From Spartobacteria bacterium (GTDB taxonomy: Bacteria > Verrucomicrobiota > Verrucomicrobiia > Chthoniobacterales > DASVRZ01), in NCBI GenBank assembly GCA_043758065.1, contig JAYVOE010000025.1:6158-70157 (forward strand): a DNA stretch of 64,000 bases, read 5' to 3'. The position numbers and the translations under genes are program-made. The notes below the pieces were generated by a model that saw only the letters and a program-made list of their open reading frames with translations, made no database searches and was not told where the DNA came from. The stretch's first letter is position 1. The number at the start of each line of letters is the position of its first letter. Positions 8,503 to 16,669 of the stretch are shown in pieces.

Positions 8503-9437
8503 ACTGGCTCGAACCGTTGCGTCACGATTTCATGCTCCGCGCGCTCTACGGCTGCGCGATCATCGGTTTTCTGAATGGATTTTTGGGGGCGTTCATCGTT
8601 CTGCGACGTCTGGCGCTGATGGCGGATGCGCTCTCGCATTCGCTCCTGCCGGGATTGGCAATTGGAGTGATTTTGTTTGGGCTGGCACCGATGGGTTTAT
8701 TTTTCGGGGCTCTGACGGCTGCGCTGTTTGTTGCCGTGGGCTCACAACTGATTTCGCGAAACTCCCGCATCAAGGAAGATACGTCGCTGGGCATTCTTTA
8801 TACGGTCGCGTTTTCCATCGGGGTGATCTTGCTCAATAAAGTCCACTCGCCGATCTCGCTGCATCATTATTTATTTGGCAACATCCTCGGACTTTCCAAC
8901 GACGATCTTTGGATGAACTACGGCATCGCGCTCGTGATTATTCCGACCGTTGTGGCGCTGCAGCGTCCGTTGTTGCTCTGCTTGTTTGATCCGACCGTGG
9001 CCAAGTCGCAGGGGATTCGGGTTGAGGCACTCAATTATCTCCTCATGGCCATGCTTGTTCTCACGATGATTTCGACGCTGCAAGCGGTTGGCGTGGTGCT
9101 CGCGCTGGGCCTGCTGATTGCGCCTGCTGCGACGATTTACCTGCTCAGCGATTCGGTCAACAAGATGTTCTGGGGTGGAGGATTTCTCGGCGCATTCGGC
9201 TCGTGCGCCGGACTGATGCTTTCCTATTGGTGCGATCTGGAGACGGGCCCGTGCATTGTTCTCTTACTCGGATGTATTTTCCTCGCAGCCTATCTTTTCG
9301 GGCCGCGCTACGGCATCATGGCGAAATTCCTCCGGCGCAGACATTTCCACCATGAATCTCTGGAGCGTTGGAGAGACACGGATGCATCGGCCGACAGATC
9401 AGAGTCCCGCGTGCAGCGAATTGAACCCCATGGTTAA
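8499..9437 (+). CDS. metal ABC transporter permease (ABC-3 / ZnuB-MntB family)
   Basis: A 312-aa multi-TM protein with an ATGA overlap with the ATPase gene. Its sequence pattern is typical of the ABC-3 family. Confidence 0.85.
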   Translation: MNWLEPLRHDFMLRALYGCAIIGFLNGFLGAFIVLRRLALMADALSHSLLPGLAIGVILFGLAPMGLFFGALTAALFVAVGSQLISRNSRIKEDTSLGILYTVAFSIGVILLNKVHSPISLHHYLFGNILGLSNDDLWMNYGIALVIIPTVVALQRPLLLCLFDPTVAKSQGIRVEALNYLLMAMLVLTMISTLQAVGVVLALGLLIAPAATIYLLSDSVNKMFWGGGFLGAFGSCAGLMLSYWCDLETGPCIVLLLGCIFLAAYLFGPRYGIMAKFLRRRHFHHESLERWRDTDASADRSESRVQRIEPHG

Positions 9438-9545
9438 TATTCAACAAACCTGCGAGCCATTCTATTCATCGCAGAAAAAGTTTCCATTCGAGTTCCAGTC
9501 GATTCACTCTTGCTGGACCGCTCAAAAAACAAGACCAACTCACAT

Positions 9546-9560
9546 TGGCACATCGTTTGC
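9546..9560 (+). promoter_or_regulatory. sigma-54 (-24/-12) promoter candidate for glnB
   Basis: TGGCAC-atcgt-TTGC matches the TGGCAC-N5-TTGC consensus exactly. The GG (9547-9548) and GC (9559-9560) are 12 nt apart, and the site lies ~90 nt upstream of ATG 9650. Confidence 0.55.
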
Positions 9561-9592
9561 TTACTGCGGAACCGGAGCAGGTCGCCAAATGA

Positions 9593-9988
<396 letters not shown>

Positions 9989-10010
9989 GTTTTAAGCTGT
10001 AGTCATTTGA

Positions 10011-10049
10011 AATAGCCGACGAGGGAAACTTCGTCGGCTATTTATTTTT
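10011..10049. terminator. bidirectional intrinsic terminator
   Basis: A 12-bp perfect stem AATAGCCGACGA/TCGTCGGCTATT (10011-10022 / 10031-10042) is followed by TATTTTT. It sits between convergent genes. Confidence 0.7.
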
Positions 10050-11037
10050 CCAGCACATTTGCTTTGGACGCAGCCATGTCCGCGAGTTGATCCTGATTCA
10101 TCCGTGGCGAAAAAAGATACACGACCGCTCCCACCAGTCCGTAGAAAGTGAAGAGCAAAAACCCGAGCAGGGAAACGAGCGCCGCGACTTCCGGCGGAGT
10201 GCCACACAGATCACCGAGCAACCGCTCAAAAAGTCCTTCGCGAATGCCCAATCCAGCCACGCTTACTGGCAGTGACGTGATGATCGTCACGATCGGCATC
10301 AGCGAGAAGATTTGACTCAAACTCGCCTCTGCGTGGACCGCGCGCGAGGCGCAGTAAAACCCCGCGTAGTAGGAAAACAGCACCGGTATCGAAAGAAAAA
10401 GAGCGCGGGAAAATCCGGCGCCATCACGGGTGAACAAATTCCAAGCCTGGGCCAGCCGCTCGATCTGGTGATGCCCTGGCAGCCACTGCGGAACTTGCGA
10501 CCGTCTGCTAAAATAGAACGAAAGAAAAATCACCAGCGCCATTACGAAGCAGAACACGAGCGTGCTGAAAAGCAGCCCGGACGTGGCCGGCGTTTGCGTG
10601 AGCCATCGATAGTTGATCCAGGTCCCAATGGCCGCAGCCAGGATCAGTGGAATGAGCCCCGTCAAACGATCAGCGACCAAGGTCAAAAATGCGCCACGAC
10701 GATGATCGGGATATTCTCGCCAGAGATAATACATTCTCGCGAGATCCCCGCCGGTTGTTCCCGGCAGAAACGTGTTAAAGAAAAGCCCAATAAAAAACCA
10801 CCGCGTGATTTGACTCCAACTCGCATGAATTCCCTGTGCGTGTAGAAAAATCCGCCACCGGAGAATGCCGGATATTTCTCCCACCCCAGCGAATAGCAAC
10901 CCCAACGCGAGCCACGAAAAATCTGCGCTGCGAAACGCATTCAGCATCGACTGACGCTTTGCGGCATCGTGAAAAAGCCACGTTAGCACGCCGACGGTCA
11001 TCGCGATTTGCAGCACTTGAAAGAAGCGCCGTTTCAT
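10042..11037 (-). CDS. flippase-like / lysylphosphatidylglycerol-synthase TM-region family membrane protein
   Basis: MKRRFFQVLQIAMTVGVLTW... from ATG 11037. It has ~8 TM helices and a GTTGGDLARMYYL motif. Its start overlaps the upstream stop (ATGA). Confidence 0.7.
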   Translation of the reverse strand: MKRRFFQVLQIAMTVGVLTWLFHDAAKRQSMLNAFRSADFSWLALGLLFAGVGEISGILRWRIFLHAQGIHASWSQITRWFFIGLFFNTFLPGTTGGDLARMYYLWREYPDHRRGAFLTLVADRLTGLIPLILAAAIGTWINYRWLTQTPATSGLLFSTLVFCFVMALVIFLSFYFSRRSQVPQWLPGHHQIERLAQAWNLFTRDGAGFSRALFLSIPVLFSYYAGFYCASRAVHAEASLSQIFSLMPIVTIITSLPVSVAGLGIREGLFERLLGDLCGTPPEVAALVSLLGFLLFTFYGLVGAVVYLFSPRMNQDQLADMAASKANVLEK

Positions 11038-11813
11038 AGCTGTTCGCGCAGCCAGTCGATCCGCCTCCGCAACTCGGGACGTGTCAGGTAACTCGTCCGC
11101 ACCGCCCACCACAAAGCCCCCAATCCCACCGGCAGTCGCAGGTGTGTTTTCAGTTCGGCGATCACCGCGGAATCCTCGTATCCCGCGAGGAACGCCGGAC
11201 TCAGTTCCCGCCAGAGAGAATTATCGGCGCGGCCGACCAGATCGAGGAGCAGCACGAGCAAATCATCTGCGTGACGTTCCACTGCCGTGAGCCGCGTTCG
11301 ATGTCTCGTCTCGAAATCGATCCAGTTGACGCTGCCGTTTTCTTCATCAAAAAGAACGTTTCCCAGATGCGGATCGCCGTGGGAAAACCAGTCGGCGCTG
11401 AGTGGATTCCAAGTCCGATGCATTTTTAAAAACGCGGCACCGACCTGTTCCATAACACTGGAACTCAACTCACTTTTCCTGAGCAAATCCACCAAGTCCA
11501 ATCCGGGAAGATCCTCCGCGTAAACCGAGTCGGCTCCGAGAACGCCAACGTTGCGGTGCGGTCCGTTGAGTACACGAAATGCTCGCACCTCGTGGTCTTG
11601 CCAGGTCTCGTTGGTCGGCAACACCTCGACCGGATTTCCTGCCAGCCAGAAGAATCCATTGGCGACCGGAATGAGCCACCGGCTGAGGCGCGTGCGGCGT
11701 TTCACCCAAACGCTCTGCCCGCCCATCTCCACGCGGGAAACATCGTTGATGCGGATACGATCAATCCGGTTGCCGGTGCGCGCAAGCCAGCCGGTGGTTG
11801 AAAGAGTCTGCAC
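11034..11813 (-). CDS. protein-kinase-like fold protein, Kdo/WaaP lipopolysaccharide-kinase-like
   Basis: It has the catalytic-loop-like HGDPHLGNVLFD and WIDFE motifs. The start is GTG at 11813, and it is translationally coupled to the downstream membrane protein. Confidence 0.6.
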   Translation of the reverse strand: MQTLSTTGWLARTGNRIDRIRINDVSRVEMGGQSVWVKRRTRLSRWLIPVANGFFWLAGNPVEVLPTNETWQDHEVRAFRVLNGPHRNVGVLGADSVYAEDLPGLDLVDLLRKSELSSSVMEQVGAAFLKMHRTWNPLSADWFSHGDPHLGNVLFDEENGSVNWIDFETRHRTRLTAVERHADDLLVLLLDLVGRADNSLWRELSPAFLAGYEDSAVIAELKTHLRLPVGLGALWWAVRTSYLTRPELRRRIDWLREQL

Positions 11814-11896
11814 GCACCCATTTCGACCCGGCGACGGTAGTGAGTCAAGTGGACGTTGACCCGCACTCCACGCCGCTTACACTGTCCGTCCGCACC

Positions 11897-13174
11897 ATGA
11901 AAATCTTGCGCTACACCGATCCCGACTTCGCCTCAGAAATGGCGAAGCTGAATCGTTTCGCCGCTCCGTCGCCAGCGGTGCAAAGCACGGTCGCGAAAAT
12001 TCTCGCAGACGTAGCGGAAAACGGTGATGCAGCGTTACTGAAATACACTGCGAAATTCGGCGGGCCGACGCTTGCCCCAGAGCAAATCCGAGTCAGCGAA
12101 AAAGAACTGAGCGGAGTTACAGTCGATTCTGCAACCACGGAAACGCTGAAGCTGTGCCATGCGAATGTGGCGGAATTTGCGCGCGCCTCATTGCGAAAAA
12201 ACTGGTCGATGCAAAACGCGCAGGGCGTTTCTGTCGGCGAACGTTTCGATGCTTTTCAACGTGTCGGAATTTACGTCCCGGGCGGAACGGCACCGCTCGT
12301 TTCCACAGCTTTAATGACGGTCACGCTGGCTGCGGTTGCGGGCGTTCCAGAAATCGTTGTGACCACTCCGGCGGCTGCGGATGGCACGATTCATCCGGCA
12401 GTGCTGTCGGCGTTGAAGCTGGCCGGAGCGACCGAAATTTATCGCGTCGGCGGAGCACAAGCGATCGCCGCGCTGGCTTTTGGAACGAAAACAATCCCGC
12501 CCGTGCTGAAGATTTTTGGTCCGGGCAATGCGTATGTGATCGAAGCCAAGCGGCAGGTGTTTGGGAAGGTCTCGATCGATCAACTTCCTGGTCCGAGTGA
12601 GATTCTAATCATCGCCGATGAGACTGCGAATCCCGCGTGGATGGCGGCGGATTTACTCGCGCAAGCTGAACACGGTCACGATAGCGTGATCGGGTTTCTG
12701 ACAAATTCTGAATCGATTCTAACTCGACTGAAAAACGAAATTGAGCGACAAGCGGCCACACTTTCGCGACAAAAATACCTGCTCGAAGTGCTGGAGAAAA
12801 ATGCCTTCCTCATTCTCTGCCAGGATCTCGATCAAGCCGTTCATCTGGCGAATCATTTCTCCAGCGAACATCTCACCATCGTCGCACAAAACGCGTCAGA
12901 ATTGGCGCAACGGATTCATACCGCAGGCGCCATTTTTCTGGGTAACTGGTCGCCCGTTGCGGGTGGCGATTATCTCGCCGGACCGAGCCATACCTTGCCG
13001 ACTGGCGGTGCTGGAAAATCCTTTGCCGGGCTGACGGTGGATCAATTTCAACGCCGTACTAGCATTGTGGAATTTGATGAAACCTCGTTGCGAATTTCAG
13101 CACCCATCATCGCCGCCGCCGCCGCGCTGGAAGGCCTCGACGCCCACGCGCAATCCGCCACCATTCGACTCTAA
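11897..13174 (+). CDS. hisD: histidinol dehydrogenase
   Basis: MKILRYTDPDF... from ATG 11897. It carries conserved HisD blocks (GIYVPGGTAPLVST, AQAEHGHDS, AGDYLAGPSHTLPT). Confidence 0.9.
   Translation: MKILRYTDPDFASEMAKLNRFAAPSPAVQSTVAKILADVAENGDAALLKYTAKFGGPTLAPEQIRVSEKELSGVTVDSATTETLKLCHANVAEFARASLRKNWSMQNAQGVSVGERFDAFQRVGIYVPGGTAPLVSTALMTVTLAAVAGVPEIVVTTPAAADGTIHPAVLSALKLAGATEIYRVGGAQAIAALAFGTKTIPPVLKIFGPGNAYVIEAKRQVFGKVSIDQLPGPSEILIIADETANPAWMAADLLAQAEHGHDSVIGFLTNSESILTRLKNEIERQAATLSRQKYLLEVLEKNAFLILCQDLDQAVHLANHFSSEHLTIVAQNASELAQRIHTAGAIFLGNWSPVAGGDYLAGPSHTLPTGGAGKSFAGLTVDQFQRRTSIVEFDETSLRISAPIIAAAAALEGLDAHAQSATIRL
12719..12736 (+). repeat. interspersed motif copy CTAACTCGACTGAAAAAC (inside hisD, encodes LTRLKN)
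   Basis: Read directly. Confidence 0.8.
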
Positions 13175-13191
13175 CTCCGCTCACTTTTTTT
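13160..13191 (+). repeat. interspersed motif, long 5' form ACCATTCGACTCTAACTCCGCTCACTTTTTTT (hisD stop to gltX start)
   Basis: Read directly. 27 of 31 positions are identical to the reverse complement of 47570-47600. Confidence 0.85.
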
Positions 13192-14511
13192 ATGTCCACA
13201 CGCGTTCGTTTTGCTCCATCACCCACCGGATACCTCCATGTCGGAGGCGCCCGCACCGCTCTTTTCAATTGGCTTTTCGCACGGCACACCGGTGGGAAAC
13301 TCGTTCTCCGGATCGAGGACACCGACAAGGCGCGCAACACCGAAGAAGCCGTCCAAGCCATCTACGACGGACTCACCTGGCTGGGTTTAGATTGGGATGA
13401 AGGTCCGATGAAAAGTGGGGATCATGGACCGTATTTTCAAAGTCAGCGCGACGATATTTATCAACGCTATTTTGATCGGCTCGTGGCAGCCGGGCGCATC
13501 TACGAAGATCACGGGACGATGCGTTTCAAAACCTATCGCGGCAACACGACCGTCGAAGATGTCATCTGTGGGAAAGTTGTTTTCGATATGTCCAATCCCG
13601 TGACCAATCCCGACATGACCATCCGGCGGCCGGACGGTGGTTGGATTTTTCATTTCGTCAATGTCGTGGACGATATCGAGATGAAAATCACCCACGTGAT
13701 TCGTGGTGAGGACCATCTTTCCAACACGCCGAAGCATGTGCAAATCTACGAAGCGCTCGGCGAAAAACCGCCACTGTTTGGTCACATCCCGCTGATCTTA
13801 AACAAAGACGGATCGAAGATGAGCAAGCGCGATCAGGGTGCCAGCGTCCAGAGTTATATCGAGGGTGGATATGCGCCGGAAGCGGTGCTGAATTATCTCT
13901 GTTTGTTAGGATGGTCGCCAAAGGACAACCGCGAAAAAATCGACATCAGCGAGGTCGTTCCGCTCTTCGAGTTGGAGAACGTGAATCGTCGCAACGCGCA
14001 TTTCGATCTCGATAAATGCTTTTGGCTGAACGGCCAGTATATCGCGCAAATGTCCATCGAGCGGTTCCGCGATTTAAGTCTGCCGTTCATCGAAAAGGCC
14101 GGCATTCAGATCGACGATCCGGCGAAGTTGTTGGAGGTGCTCGCGATTGTAAAAGAGAAGATCAAACACTTCGGCGACGTGCCGGATTGGATTTCGTATT
14201 TCTTCACCGACAGCTATCCATACGACGAAGCGAGCGTGGAAAAGACGCTGAAAAAAACCGGCGCGCTCGCCCATTTACAGGCGCTGCACGATGCGTATGC
14301 AAACCTCGCAGATTGGACTGCAACTGCGCTGGAAATTTCGCTCAAGGAAACTGCGACCGAGCGCGGCGTGAAATCGGGCGAACTGATTCACCCGGCGCGC
14401 GTCGCATCCACCGGCTGTTCCGTCGGCCCGAGCCTGTATCATTTGCTGGAAGTCCTCGGCAGAGATACGGTTCTAACTCGATTCAAAAACACCGTCGCGC
14501 GATTCGGCTAA
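13192..14511 (+). CDS. gltX: glutamate--tRNA ligase
   Basis: It has the HIGH-type motif PTGYLHVGGARTALFN and the KMSKS-type motif GSKMSKRD. Confidence 0.9.
   Translation: MSTRVRFAPSPTGYLHVGGARTALFNWLFARHTGGKLVLRIEDTDKARNTEEAVQAIYDGLTWLGLDWDEGPMKSGDHGPYFQSQRDDIYQRYFDRLVAAGRIYEDHGTMRFKTYRGNTTVEDVICGKVVFDMSNPVTNPDMTIRRPDGGWIFHFVNVVDDIEMKITHVIRGEDHLSNTPKHVQIYEALGEKPPLFGHIPLILNKDGSKMSKRDQGASVQSYIEGGYAPEAVLNYLCLLGWSPKDNREKIDISEVVPLFELENVNRRNAHFDLDKCFWLNGQYIAQMSIERFRDLSLPFIEKAGIQIDDPAKLLEVLAIVKEKIKHFGDVPDWISYFFTDSYPYDEASVEKTLKKTGALAHLQALHDAYANLADWTATALEISLKETATERGVKSGELIHPARVASTGCSVGPSLYHLLEVLGRDTVLTRFKNTVARFG
14473..14490 (+). repeat. interspersed motif copy CTAACTCGATTCAAAAAC (near the gltX 3' end)
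   Basis: Read directly. Confidence 0.8.
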
Positions 14512-14521
14512 GCGCCCAGCC

Positions 14522-15397
14522 ATGAAGCCGGTTTACACGATTGACGATCTTCGGGATTGGCGTGAACCGCAGCTGCGTTACGCCGTGCTGGGCGATCCCG
14601 TGGCGCACTCCGCGTCGCCCGCGATGCACAACGCCGTGCTGGAAAATCTCGGCTCGCCGGATCGTTATTGTCGGTTGCACATTTTGCCGGAACAACTCGC
14701 GGAAGCCATCGCGCTTCTAGCCGAAGCCGGCTTTAAGGGAGTCAATCTAACCATCCCCCACAAGACGCAGATTCTTCCGATGTTAGACGAAATCGCCGAG
14801 CACTCTAGAATGCTCGGCGCAGTCAACACCATTGCTTTTCGCGAAGGCAGACTCGTCGGCACTAACACCGATGGCCCGGGAATCGTACGGGCGATCCGCG
14901 AGGAATTCGGCATCGAACTCGAAGATCAGCGCATCCTGATCCTCGGTGCGGGCGGCGGCGCAGGTCGCGCGATTGCAACGCAATGTTTTCTCGAAAGATG
15001 TGGCAGCCTGACGCTCGCAAATCGCACTCAGGAAAAGATCATCGCGCTGGCAGATTCGCTGAAGGCGCAAACCGTGGCGATGAATCCCGAGGCACTGGCG
15101 CCGGTAATGTTGGAGATCGATTTGATCATCAACGCGTCGTCGCTCGGCATGAAAACGGGCGATGCTTCTCCCGTGCCGTCATATCTCTTGAACTCGAATC
15201 AATTTATTTTCGACACGATCTACGTGGGAAAAGAAACTCCATTGGAGTTAGAAGCAAATGCAGCCGGGGCGAAATCGGCGAATGGACTTTCGCTTTTGCT
15301 CCATCAAGGAGTACTAGCGTTGGAGTTTTGGCTCGGACGCGCAATTCCCGTCGAAGTCATGCGGGCGGGACTGCAACGTTACATAGATACAAAATAA
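14522..15397 (+). CDS. aroE: shikimate dehydrogenase
   Basis: It has HSASPAMHNA, NLTIPHK and the NADP-binding glycine loop GAGGGAGRAIA. Confidence 0.85.
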   Translation: MKPVYTIDDLRDWREPQLRYAVLGDPVAHSASPAMHNAVLENLGSPDRYCRLHILPEQLAEAIALLAEAGFKGVNLTIPHKTQILPMLDEIAEHSRMLGAVNTIAFREGRLVGTNTDGPGIVRAIREEFGIELEDQRILILGAGGGAGRAIATQCFLERCGSLTLANRTQEKIIALADSLKAQTVAMNPEALAPVMLEIDLIINASSLGMKTGDASPVPSYLLNSNQFIFDTIYVGKETPLELEANAAGAKSANGLSLLLHQGVLALEFWLGRAIPVEVMRAGLQRYIDTK

Positions 15398-16669
15398 CAG
15401 CGGCGGTAGACTAATGCTCAGGCTCAGCAGTGGCGATGGTTGCCACGCCGACCACCACGGTGTGGATTCCCACCCGAGGAGCGCTAGAAAAATAGTGGCC
15501 GAAAGAACGAACCAGCCGTGTGCGCGCCGCATGGCCGCGAATGGCAAAATCCACGTGACATACCAGGGATGCACGACGGTTGAGAAAACCAGACACGTTC
15601 CCATGGCCCAGAGCAGCGCGCGCCGCCAATCGCGCCAGCGAAACCATGCCAACAGGCTGACCGCAGATATGACTCCAACTCCGATCAAGTTATACCAGCC
15701 GTTTTTTTGCGTAGGGTTGTTCCAGAGAAATCGCTCGGAAATCCACCAGATAAAATCATTGAAGCGCGAGACATAATTGAAGGCGCGGAACGAATCGAAG
15801 ATGGGAGTTTTCGGGAATCCGAATGCGAGTGATGACATTCCTAATGGAAGCAGAGCCAGAGGCAGAACGACAAAACGTGAACCGAGTGCGAGTGCTATCA
15901 CGGGTATGAAAATCAGCGGTACTAGCTTGATCGAAATGGCGACGCCGAGTGAGAAAGTCGCGACCGAAGCCCAGCCCCAGTGCATGGGTTTTCTTCCAAG
16001 AGGATTGCCGCGATGCAACGCGTAGATCGAAAGAAGGAGTGGAGCGAGCATCCAGCTATCGAAATGGCCCGCGCCAGCAAAGGAATAAATCACCAATGGA
16101 TTCCACGCGTACCATGCGGTGTCGCGACAGCGAGCCTGGCCCGTGTTCACGCGCAACAGAAGATATACGACGCAGAGGTCGGCAAAAAGACAGGCGAGTT
16201 TGATTGCAATCTGCGAGGGGCCAAAGACTGTTAGCAGTTTAAGAATCAACTCTGCGCCCGGTGGATAAATGGCGGACCATTTAGCATGATTGATCAGGCT
16301 CCAGCTCGCGTCACGAAGGTGCGCCAAGGATGGTGAATCGGGTGCGAGAAGATAGGGATTGATGCCCTGCCATTGGATGCGGCCCTCCCAAAGATAACGA
16401 TGCATGTCGTCTCCGGCCGGGAAAAAAAGCGCGATGACGCGGAACAAAATGGTGGCCGACCAAAACATTTTGATTCGAGTTGCAGGCGTATGAAACGGAT
16501 AGGTGCGGAGGGCGCAGAAATAGCAGGCGGTCGCCAAAAGCATGGCCGCGACGAAATAAAAAACGTGTCCGTGTTGCGAGAAGTCACCGAACGGAATCGC
16601 CGCGATGAATGCGACGAGCATTCCCGCCAGCCAGCGAGTCGTCAGCGCACCTCCGCCTCCGGTGCTCAC
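15314..16669 (-). CDS. GT-C-fold integral-membrane glycosyltransferase-like protein (DUF2029/PMT-like)
   Basis: 451 aa with more than 10 TM helices and an acidic loop (AGDDMHRYLWEG). The GTG start overlaps the upstream stop (GTGA). The 3' end overlaps convergent aroE by 84 nt. Confidence 0.55.
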   Translation of the reverse strand: MSTGGGGALTTRWLAGMLVAFIAAIPFGDFSQHGHVFYFVAAMLLATACYFCALRTYPFHTPATRIKMFWSATILFRVIALFFPAGDDMHRYLWEGRIQWQGINPYLLAPDSPSLAHLRDASWSLINHAKWSAIYPPGAELILKLLTVFGPSQIAIKLACLFADLCVVYLLLRVNTGQARCRDTAWYAWNPLVIYSFAGAGHFDSWMLAPLLLSIYALHRGNPLGRKPMHWGWASVATFSLGVAISIKLVPLIFIPVIALALGSRFVVLPLALLPLGMSSLAFGFPKTPIFDSFRAFNYVSRFNDFIWWISERFLWNNPTQKNGWYNLIGVGVISAVSLLAWFRWRDWRRALLWAMGTCLVFSTVVHPWYVTWILPFAAMRRAHGWFVLSATIFLALLGWESTPWWSAWQPSPLLSLSISLPPLLFCIYVTLQSRPHDFDGNCASEPKLQR

